Shown: one piece after another, positions 13,401 to 25,400 of the stretch
How positions within the stretch are numbered: position 1 is the first letter of the stretch
Layout of the letters: every line of letters starts with the position of its first letter
NCBI GenBank assembly: GCA_050084985.1
Contig: JBITNC010000001.1
Coordinates: 177,382,001 to 177,446,000 of the forward strand
Length of the DNA stretch: 64,000 bases
Direction of reading: 5' to 3'
Source: Nageia nagi
Lineage: Eukaryota > Plantae > Pinophyta
Notes under the pieces: generated by a model
What the model was told of the DNA's origin: nothing
What the model saw: the letters and a program-made list of their open reading frames with translations, nothing else
The model's database searches: none
Program-made: the position numbers and the translations under genes

Positions 13401-16400
13401 TAACTTAAAAGTTAAGTTCCAAGCATGCATCATAAAGAAAAAGATTTAGTATGTAAACTAGATAAAATTTTAAGTAAGAAATTTATACAAATTCCTCCCT
13501 TTTTACTTAAATTTTTATCCCTAAAGATAGCATACTAGTTTTACCTTATAAATTCATCTTAATATTACAAATCAATTGCCCTTTTTACTTAAAAATAGCA
13601 TTCTCCACTTTTTTCTTTAAAAATTTTTTTGGAGCAACAAGGAATAATAGTTACTTAAAAAATTACTTTAGTAAAAAAAATATCAAGTTTACCTTATCAT
13701 TTTTCCTAAGTAAATAGCCATATTTTGAAGAATTTTTCAAAAAATTTATACTCCTAAAAAATTACTTTTATATTAACCACATTTTTCTAAAAAAGTGGGA
13801 GAGCATTTAAGAGTAATGATGAATTTTTTTTTTGACCATCTACTTACTCTAAAGAAAGTAATCATGATAATGCTTTAATTGGTTTGCAAACAAGCAAAAA
13901 ATTAAATGCCCTCCAAAAAGAGTATACGTTTACTTCTAGGTGCATTTAATGAAAAAAAGTCTTGCAAGCAACAACAAAAAACTTAAATGCATCAACCAGA
14001 AAAAAAAATTAAGTGTGAGCCTCCTTACTTACTCAACACCTAGAAAGGAGGGAGAGAACAACAAAAAAAAATAAACAAACAAAACAAAAATAATTGAGCC
14101 ATGCGACGCACATAAAAAGGGCTTGGAGGGAGAGACAGAGGGAGGTACTGAGCAACGCAGGGAAGGTGGAGAGGGAGGCACCGGTGGAGGAGCTGGAGGG
14201 CACAAGAGAGCCGAGAAAAAAAATGATGTTCAGCTGCTTTGTCTTAGGGCTACTATTTGTGGATATGCGCATCCATTCCCCCCTTACAGGCCTACGTTTG
14301 TAATCCCCCTTAGTAGAACCTTCCGTAAGCTTCCAGGCATCCCCAACGCAATCAACACAATTTGGGCTCGCAAGATTACCAGCAGCAAGGGGGTGAGGGT
14401 TACAAAGTCACCCTGCTTGGAAAATCTTGCGATGGTTTACTACGCTAAAGAGAAGGGGCCACGCGATAAAGAGAAGGGGCTAAGCGTTGAGATGGCCATG
14501 ATGGATCTGAACGTAGCCTGGCGAGGTCGCGTAAGATTCAAAAGAATGCCACCAAATTCTGAAAAAGAATAGTGATAAATCAATAGTCGTGATGTTGGTT
14601 TGATAATTCTGGGAATAAAATAGTGGCAAATATTCTTGATGATATTAATGGGTAATGATTGGGTTGTCACAGAGAGCTCGAGCAGTGGGGGAAAGGAGCC
14701 ACAGAGAAGGGATCATTGCAGTCGGCCAACTTAACAGCTCCTCCCCTCCGCCGCCAACTTCGTGGCTCATTCCCTCCGCCGCCAACTCCGCAGCTCACCC
14801 CCTCCACCGCCAGGATTCGGACAAAGAGCGATGTCAGCCAATGCTATATATATGTATATTTATGTAAAGATAAATGCAGTTTTTATTTTAATATATCTAA
14901 TGAAAGGATTATTTTGTAATTTCAACACATTATTTGTGTAAGAAAATAAATGTATATTTAAAAAAAAATTATATATATATATATGTTTTTTTTGAAAAAA
15001 AAAACATATTATTGCCATATAGACGATTTATCAAAAAAAAATTGTAACTACTAAAAAATAATTTTAGTAAAAAAAAAAGACAATGGCTTGAAAGTATATT
15101 TCCTTGAATAAAATGGATTAACTCATAACAAAGAACATGTTAGAATCATAATGAGATAATCAAAAATAGGGAAGGAATTTAGGGGATTTATACCTCCTCT
15201 TAAATTTACCTTAACAAGACCTCAAGATCAAAGGAAGAAGACCTCCAAGTAGAATACCTTCAAGATGTTGAAGAAAAGCTTCCACACTATGCTCTGATAC
15301 CAAATGAGAGAGTTGAACTATAACATGAACAACTCTATACTCCCAAAATTACGTGAAAGCTCATACTAACATCAAGATAACTAAAAAAGACAATCTCACA
15401 AAGTGACACAAGATGTAAGTGGTTCCTCCAACTAGGAGTACATCCACTAACTAGATCTCACTTCATTCACAAATATGAATCTCTTACAATTCTCCTAACT
15501 CATCTCTTAAACACTATCCTATAGCATAGCTTTACTCTACAAATTGGTGTATGATCTAAAAAGAAAGCCTTCTATTTATAGGCCAAAATCCCTATTTGGA
15601 TCACTCTTTTATCCAATGTACAAGAGCATGACATGCACATCCTTTTACCCAAGGGGCATGCTTATGACATGGAGTGTAAGACAAGTTACATTATCATATT
15701 CACTTAAATACTTAAAGTATCAAATGATACCTTTAAGTATTAGTGAACTTAAATAAGAAGATTATTACATAACCTTTACAATAATGCATTATACATTCCA
15801 ACACCAATTATGCTTTTTATTTTGAGTTTTGATCTTTTTTTTTTAAAAAAATATGTGCAATTTTTTTGAGCGCCACTAGAGTAGCTAGCCGCTTCCGGAG
15901 CTTCTCAGACACTTCGGAGTTGCCCTTACTCTTGAGCCGCTTTGGCATATCTAGAGCATCGAGTGCCGCTTCAGCACTCCGGATCCTTTGGAAGGACCTA
16001 AGCGCGCTCCGATGGAACCTTGGTTACTACCATTTTCATTATTCAAGGGTTTATGAACATTCTTTTCAAGGCTTATGCTTGTCATTTTTCAGTTTTCTTT
16101 CAAAGGTTCAAGTGTTGGGATAGCTTTTTTTTAGGGCTATGGATGTTGATGCAACTAGGCCTTTGGATTATTTGAATTATGAAATCTCAGATTTTTTATT
16201 TGATATATATTAATAATCAAAATAGGGCTTTTAGAAGGACCCCGTAGCTTTACAACTTCAAGAATTTCAACACTACTTCCACAAGATAGTTCGGATCAAT
16301 ACACATACTAAAAAAGGGATCCATTGGGTGTCTCCAAGAGACCCCAAGCTACATCAGCTTGCACATAGTGCGAAACATACATCAAACACAAAACAAGTTA

Positions 16401-19400
16401 CAATAACCAGCACCCACTACGAGACACACAACAAACACAAAACAAGAGATAATCTCGAAGAAAACATAGAGAATCAACTTCCCCTTACCCTTTGCACTAC
16501 CCATGGACGGGCCTTCTGAAATCTTTGCCTTTCCTTTTACACTACTTGCAGTTGAGAGAATTTCCACCAATTGTTGCCCCTGGTGATCCTCCACCCATGC
16601 ATCATACGCCTCTTCAACGTAGAAGAGTGCAACCCTAGTAGACTTGATCCAAGTGTACAACAATTCCTTGTATTTCTCTGAGTCCTTAAGAGCCTCTTGG
16701 GGGGACAAGCTCATCACCTGCAACGTCTTCCCACTTGAGGATTCTCCAAAAGTGAGACCCTTCTTCTGCTTTGCTGGTGGGGGGAGGTCCACCTCCTTCA
16801 CCTTTGGGTTCTCCTTGTCTCCTAAATCCTCAATCACCTTACAGACCACCCTAGAGGCGATGCTGCTACACCCTACAAAAGCACTTCGCACCATCGACTT
16901 GTTATCTTCAACAGGTGTTGGTTTTTCCACAACCAGGAGAATGTCCTCATCATTCATCTCATCCTCCTCCTCCTCCACTTCTTTTGGTTCGCTGTCGTTC
17001 GAATCTTCATAGATAATTTGAAGCTAGGGCCTCTTTACCATTCTTGGGTGTTCCATAACCACCCTATTGAATAAAGTACACAAAAGGCCTCAGTGCTTAG
17101 GGCATGCTAATTTCCCCTCTTACATTTCAACAATGGATTTTTCCAAGGAGCAAAACAGATAAAAGGGAATGTTCACTTGCTTATTACGCCTAAACACATT
17201 GAAAAAGGCAAAATGGAAACTGTGGAGAATGGATGCATGATTGTCCAATGTAAGGCATTGCATTATCACTATTGTTACTCCTTTCCACTTTGGTGGGATC
17301 AACTCCCTATTGATGCCTCCTTGTATCTGCTAGAGGTTGTCTCTTTTGCCCTTTAAAAGCTGCAATTCAATAGTCATTGAGTGCTTCTCATGCAACAACT
17401 TCTCACCTTACAAAGGGAAGCTTGCAAACTTGGCAGTCAACTCAACATTGATGGTGAAACAAATAACTTTTGCCCCAACGACACCCTCATCCTAAGTCTT
17501 CGCCAACATCAATGCCAAAGCCTTATTAGGCTATTGGAACATATCCAGAAATGGCAACCACCCAACCTTCTCCAACAACGCCCTCATCCCAGCTCCAAAC
17601 AATATGAAACATCTGCCATGATTCTTGTTCTCAAGGAGTACAAATGATTTGCATGGCAAATTATAGAATCACAATGGTGATAAATAGCCTCCATAAGACT
17701 ATCTTCAAAATCTCCATGAAATCTCCACAATAACTCTATAATCGCCCTTCACACAAGATACAACTACCCGCACCCGCCAAACTCAGTGCTAAGAGTGCAA
17801 GGAGTCTAATCATCAATTTCCGAGTCATCCTTCTCACATGCTTTGCATAGCATCTCATGCACCTCGTAATCAAAGGAACACCATGCAGGCCGTCTTGTCA
17901 ACTCAAACCATGCAACACTTAAAGACATAAAATCATTATGTGACACCTCGTCACTTATAGCTGACTCAGCATCACAAGTCTTTCCTCCTCGCAGTCCAAA
18001 GATCAACCCGCAAAACCGCCAAGACTTAGGGACCTCCATTGGCAAACAAAGAATTATGAAATCTCAGATATGTGGAACATTTTATTGTCATTCATTGTGG
18101 GACATTTTCTCAAGTAGGACCCTTTTTCTTTCTGGTTTTTAGATTTGTTACTATTGTTTTGATTGTCAAAGGGTCTATGGACATTCTTTTTAAGGCTTAT
18201 GCATCTTGTTCTTCAGTTTTTTCTTGGATTGAAGTGCTGTGGTGACTTCATTTTTTATGGCTATGGATGTAGTTGCAACCAGGTCTTTGGATTATTTAGA
18301 ACTATGAATTGTCAGATGTATGGTTTTAAGCCTTCTACAAATATAACTGATTGGTATCCTTTGGCAGGTTCAGTAGTTTAGGAATTGAACTTCCTACGTT
18401 TCACTATGGTCTCTGAGATTATGTGGCTTTATGTTTATCAGAAGTGTTTAAAAGTTCCATGCTATTACTTGCTATAATTTGGATACTATTACTATTTTTA
18501 CTATTTACGAATTCTTTTATTTACTATAATTTGGATAATATTGCTATTTGTGTGTGTGTTTAATAACAAGTTGATTATACTTATGTTGGTATTTTGAGAT
18601 TGTTCTTACAACTTAAAACAAACTCCACTTCGCCTCTTCCTCCTTCCCTTGAGGAAGACAATTAGTGATTATCTATATGCACATTTGAAAGGGATACGCA
18701 TCAACACCTTTGTGAGCATATGTCTTGCATGATATATGACGGTGCCTTTAGTTCTATGTGCAACAAGCACTTGAACACTCCCGATCAACCTATGTGTCAC
18801 CACAAGAACATATCAGGCAATTCAATAATTGCACACTGTGTTGTGTGCCAGCAAGTCCAAGTAGCATGTTCTGTGCAATGATGCTTTCACTTTTGAGTGC
18901 ACAATGATATGGAGCACTAACTGGTGAGGAAGAACATGTATCATATGGAAATTTACAAAAGAGAAGTGAGTTTTATTTGGAGCAGTATATTGACTGTCTT
19001 GAAAATAACTTCACAACAGCCTAGAAGAAACTATACAAATGTTATTAGTAGTAAAAAAACAACAGTGTGTCAGAAGGCGATGTATACATTTAACCAAGTC
19101 CTACAAGGGAAAATTCAATAGTATAGATTTGATTTTCAGAGTCTTCACTTCTGGGGTGATGTCCATCCATCTAGCCCATTTGATATGTTCGTTCTTTTCA
19201 ATAAATTCTGTATCAGATCTCTGTCTATCTTTGTCAGAACAAGATCAATGAGGCTTTTTTCACCATCATGCATAGGTGTCAGTTAAATACACATGCTTTT
19301 TGTAAGAATAAGATCAATAGGCTTCTGTTCAGCACCAGGCTTAGGTGCCATTAAGCACACATGCTTTTTGCAAGAATAAGATCAATGGGGTTCTTTTCAG

Positions 19401-22400
19401 CACCAGGCTTAGGTGGCATTAAGCACACATGGTTTTTGTAAGAACAAAATCAGCGAGGTTCTTTTCACCATCAAGCTTAGGTGGCATTAAGTACACCTTG
19501 TGCAATAAAAAAGATGTAATAACTGGTTGAAATTTACATGAAAAGATCACACTGAAATTATGATAAGAATATGATTAGAAGAAAAAGAAACAAGATAATA
19601 TCAAAATAATAAACGATAAAGTAACAATAATAAGACATGAGAAAATTCATGATAACTTTCATTAAAAGCTACCATAGCGTACATAAAAGGACCTTGTATA
19701 GTGACAAGCTTGTGATGGATCTTGCCATAAGTAACTTTTTGCCTTCCTGAATCGACTTATCACTGCACTGAATCTGTGCATCCTTTTGTCTACCTCTACA
19801 GGATATTGGAGCTATCAAATCCTCACTAAAAAATCTCTTATGGTTCCAAACTTCCAAAATAGCCAAAGTATACTAACAGGTCATGGACTGGGATATATTT
19901 TCAGAATCATCATAAAGAACCCAAAGTTCCATAGCAAAATAAAATTGAATTTTTTTTGAAGTTATGTTTTACAATTCCAGTTTATTCTCTTTAGTGGTTT
20001 GAGGTTGACTTGCATATGAATTTGAATTATTGATGCTTCGAGTCCAATCTGTGGGACCCATCTTTCGAATTACTGAATGAAGAAAATAAAGTGTAACCTT
20101 CTTCTTTAAGTAGAGATAAGTAATACCCAATTTTATGAGATCAATGTCGGGCCCCTGTCATTATAAAATACCAAAAAGATAAATAAGGTTAAATTCTACA
20201 TAAAAATATCTTTCCAACAATTCCAGTTTATTCCTTCTACCAAGCATAAATGAATTTCTTTCTATACCTCCAACATGCTATTCAACACCATATTGCCTAT
20301 GTCTTTTCTGATTCCCTCTTCTAGTTGCTTATATGATGACATCTGAAGATTAACTGCATCACTGTCGAATTATCTCATACCACCAAGCACTGAAGATGTA
20401 CTTCAAGCTGGACTAGCTAACTAATATGCTTTTAAACCTGAAGAAAAAGAACCTTGAAACCATTTATGAATGGAATTTGCTTTTAAGCTTATTTCACATG
20501 AACATTCCTAGTGCTCAAGAAGTCCTATTGTTATTGAAGGTGCTTAGTGTCATGTTAACTGGCTAATCAATTGCTTTCTTATTGGTGGGTTGACCCTGCC
20601 TATTTCTTGCTTTACTTTTGACAACTTATACTTAAATCTGCTAAGAGTGGCGTAGTAATTCTATTTGATAAAGTTCACTCTCTGTTTTCATTTGGGAAGT
20701 GTCTTTGGGTTTTTTCTATGTTGAAGAATTCAAAATTTTGGGTTAGGTCCTGCAAGATTTAATGGAATTTCGTGTTTGATTTGATTTTGGGCATGCATAT
20801 TTCAATTATGTGCATTTTATGAAGAATGGCCATGTTCCACACCTTGCTTACCCATACCTAACAAACATCTTGCTTTGATTAATTGGAGTACTCTTTAAGT
20901 TTCTCACATTCATGAAGGTTGGAGAAATTTGCATTAGCTTTTTCAGGACCTGGCTAATTTTTCAATAATCTCTCAATTCAGTTACTTTATTTGACAATGG
21001 TTCAATCACATTGGCACAGTTTGCAATCTGTTCAATTGATGGTTTATCTTTTTTTCGCTGCCTGAATTCCAAATGGTAGACTGTCTTTCACATTTATGGG
21101 TTTTAAGAAAATAACACATTTTTTTATTCTTCTTGGTGAATAATAAGTTGATTTTCAAAGACTCATCTGATCCATATATTTTTGGCAGAGATTAATGCAT
21201 TTGTGCATTTTGGTTAGATCCGAAGCCAACTCTACTGGCAGTTTCATAATTTGACCTCAAATTTTAGGATTTTTAATGAAGCCTTTATTTGGACAGAATT
21301 CATCACTTAATCAAATGAAAATCACCCTTTCTGGCTTTGTGGCATACAAATAAGGTTTATCGTGTATTTCAAAGTCTCCTCGAGTTGCTCCAAACAGTAT
21401 GCAACTCAGTGCAAGATATTCAACAAGTAATTCAAGGAAGGATATCAATTATAAGTTTTTTTTTTTAAATGCCTATTTTATATCATACAGGTAATTTCAA
21501 TGTCTTATCATGGTGAAATTTCATAACCTGTGATTGAAGTTTTGTTGTGATTAGTGTGGTATTGATTTACTATCTTCCTATAAATGCTTTCATCTGTTCA
21601 TAACATGTTTTTAAGATACCCTATTTACTCATTCCTATTTAACTCTTATATGGCTAAGCATGCTAATGAATACTAGATTTTGCTACAGGTTTGTTAAGGG
21701 TGTGCATTTGCTAGCTTTGTTTGCATTATCTAAGGATGTTGTCTTCTGAGTTCTGCAAGATGTACTAGTGCCCATACCCTGAATGCCTGCTTTTAATTTT
21801 CTTCTCGGTTTTATCTCTTCATAAGGTTGTTTTCCTCACTATTAGTTATAATGATCATAGAGAACATATAAAATTTTCATGATTATGTTCTCCAATATTT
21901 CTATGGAAATGAAACCATATAATAAACCATTTTCGGTTGCAATGGTTGTGTTAGAATGTAATATATTTTATTATTTCCATGTTTGGTAAGTATACACCAC
22001 TTTTTCTGTTTCCAATCCACTTGCAAAACTAGGCAAAATTTCTCAGCATGAAATGACATTCCATTATGTGAAACGAAAAGCAATCTTTAGTTGCAATTAT
22101 ACCTGCAGAAGTGTTGTGTGCCTGCTAGCTTTCACTGTGCAGGAAAAGGATTTTAACATGAACTGATTAATGATATCGTACGTACTTAATTTTTTTGGCA
22201 GTAGTTGCTTAATGTTTTTTCTTGTTATACATGTGGAACAGAAGGAAGCTAATAGTTGGAGAATTGTAATTGAAAAAGCTGAATCTTCACTATCAAATGC
22301 ATCTGAAAAAGAATCAAAAACATCTTCCAGTCCTCGAGGACCAAATGGTATAATATCAAAAGCAACATTAGCAATTAGAAGATCTTTTCGATCAAATAAG

Positions 22401-25400
22401 AAAGTTGACGCATGCAGAGAGGATATAGCAGAAAATGTGAAGAGTAGTAATAGCTCAAATGAAGACTTGGAAAGAATAAACTGTAGCAAAATAGCAAATG
22501 CAGATTTGGTACACTTGGATCCACTTTGGCCGGAGCTTGAGACACTTCAAGGCTGTAGTCATTTTCTGAGATCCAACAGTCACCATGCACATGGCCTTGA
22601 GCATGCAAGTTTCCTGGTTGACCATTTCAAAGCATGCTATCAAATGGGTGATTCTTCACTCTCCGATGAGGTCAGTAGTCAAGTTGTGATTTTTAGTTTT
22701 CATTCATTTTACAATTATGCAGTCAGCTTTAATTGGTGATTTGAGTAAATTGTTGTATTAACATGTAAAACAATACCTTTCCATATTTCATTTTTTACAT
22801 GAGAGTTCAGTTTGACTTCTGCAACATCTCTTCTCTGTGACTGTCTTTGTGCAACATCTCTTTGAAATGTAAACAATAAGAACCATACTTCTGCCTTCTA
22901 CAACGAGAAAACACCTCAGATGGATATTATTCACAAGAGAGTCCTATGGGCTTGATCTAACTTCTAGACATGGAAGACCTTTATATATTCTATATTATGT
23001 GACCATTTTGAGCTTTTGATTTGCAGAATGAATTTCAGACATAATAAAACTTGTTGATGGTGGTGTGGTATAGGGTTGTCATAAATATAACAACTGTCCT
23101 CAAACAACAAAATCATAGTGTACAACAATTCATTACAAGTGATACAATGCAATCACAGATATTTCACTGAACTTTGAAATTTTATACAAAGGAAAATAAG
23201 AGCAAACATGCATGAGCAAAAAATGTTCTTCTATTCAAGAAAACAAAATTTTTATTTAATTCTGAAATCACTGAATACAACTGATTACACAGCTACTCTG
23301 TTCTCATATTGTCTGAACGCTTCAACTCAGCTATTTTTAAAAGTAATTTGTAGTTAGTAATTATTACTTACTCATACAATTGTGACACACTGGATTCTGA
23401 ATCCCACTGGCCTACTTTGGTGACATGTGGACTTTAATATAATTCCTCCTTTTCCCCTTTTTCTTACTTCGTGGTCTTCCGTAGCTTCCCCTTTGTATGC
23501 TCTATGAAAATGGCTTCCAAGGTGGAATCTGAAGTTCTGGACGGTTAATATAAAATTTGCTTGGCCTGCATCAGTTGTTTCCAATCTGAAAAAATAGCCA
23601 TTCCTGGTTTTATTGAAATGCCTACTCCCATATAATCCATAGACTGTGCTTTTGATCTCTGAGTGGCTCGTTTCTAAGTGTTGGTGATATATGTATGTTT
23701 CAGCACCTTGACCTGTTAGCAGTTAGCACCAAAAGAATTATTCTTTCGATTTGCTTCTGGAGGAAGAATCTTGAATATACCATATTTTATGACTGTTATG
23801 CAAGTGTGCATTGTCAATTTTTATTTCTCATTTTCATTTTATGCTGTCTTCTTGATATTTGCAGATGCTTTGAGTTTTGATGTTCTTCCTCAACTTGCTC
23901 CGTCATGACTAAGCTGGAATTTTGAATAATTGCTTTGGCAGAGAGCTTTTCACTCTTTCACATTCTAATGAGAAAGATATTTTATTAATGCCTCTGGGTG
24001 ACCAAACAAATCAATAGAAGATAGCTGGATATAAACACCATACAAGAAGAAAAGGGGTTCTACGAACAAGAAGATAAAATGATACTGAGTAATATAGAGC
24101 AAAGGCATGTGCTGGTCCAAAGTGGATGGATTAGTAGAAGCAAAGTTTTCAGTCTTGACCAGTCAGTGAAATATCAAAACCTTCCTTCTGCCAAAATTGG
24201 AAAAACCTACTGGGAAAGTTAGGAATCTCATGATGCTTGTTTGTTCGGATATAAAGCGTAGCAACCTTGGAGACATCTTACCCTCATCTTGCAAAAATTA
24301 TCCAATTGGAAACGCACCCAAAAATATGAAAGACGATTTGCATCACTAGTAAAAATCTGAAAGTGGTATACCTTGAGTTTTGATGTACATTCTGAACTTG
24401 CTCCACCATGACTAAGCTAGGTTTGTGAAAAATTCATTTGGTAGACAGCTTTTCATTCTTTCACATTCTTACTTACAAGAGAAATTTTATTTATGCCCAT
24501 GTATGACCAAAATATGTCAATAGAAGATAGCTGGATCTAAACACTACAGAGGAAGAAAAGGGTTTCTATAAACAAGAAAATAAATCCACACTAATTAAGG
24601 TAGAGCAGAGTAAATGCATGTGCAACACTTGATGGCACAACTAGCATCAGCGTATCAGTGCTGATCAAAAGTGGATGGTTTAGTAGAATAGAAATTTTTA
24701 GTGCTGACCAGTCATAGTGGCTTGTCAAAACCTTCCTTCAACCAAAATTGGAAAAACCTACTGGGAATGTTAGGAATCTTACGATGCTTGTTTGTTTGGA
24801 TCTAAAGCATAGCAACCTTGAAGACATCTTACCCTCATCTTGTAAGAGAAAGACAATCTGCAGAGCACCCAAAAACATGAAAGAAGATTTGCATCACTAG
24901 CACAAATCTGAAAGTGGTATACACTAACAACGAGCATCAGCGCATCAGTGCTGATCAAAATTGGATGGCTTTGTAGAATAGAAATTTTTAGTCTTAACCA
25001 GTCATAGTGGCTTATCAAAACCTTCCGTCAACCAAAATTTGAAAAACCTACTGGGAAAGTTAGGAATCTTACGATGCTTGTTTGTTTGGATCTAAAGCAT
25101 GGCAACCTTGAAGACATCTTACCCTCATTTTATATATCATCATATAAGAATGTTCAAAATACTTTTTAAAGTATTCTTTCCACTCTTATAGGCCTTTTTC
25201 ATTGGCAAATCTTGGTTGATGACCCTCAATACCTCTCTTAGTAATGTTGGGTCAAGGGGAAATAAATTTGATATTTGAATGCTACAATTTAAGGCTGTAC
25301 CTCTTACATTTATAGAAGAAAATTAACCATGAGTGTTTCACATTCTTCATATGTGCACAATAAATTATCGTGTTGACCATGGTTACACAGGGATCTCCCA

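Larger units (their letters stand above)
7401..15803 (-). mobile_element. Full-length decayed Ty1/copia LTR retrotransposon
   Basis: 499-bp LTRs (7401-7899, 15305-15803; TG...CA), TSD CCAAT on both sides, PBS TGGTATCAGAGC (15291-15302, tRNA-iMet type), PPT next to 7900; domain order gag-PR-INT-RT-RH. Confidence 0.98.
6987..16022. mobile_element. Non-autonomous hAT element/MITE (~630 bp) split by the copia insertion
   Basis: TIR CAAGGTTCCAT (6987) / ATGGAACCTTG (16012-16022); 8-bp TSD GTTACTAC at 6979-6986 and 16023-16030; GC-rich CGGAG subterminal motifs. Confidence 0.9.

Noticed and set aside
19235-19497. Regularly spaced repeats, superficially CRISPR-like
   Set aside because: Whole units are similar with no unique spacers, the context is eukaryotic and no cas genes are present.
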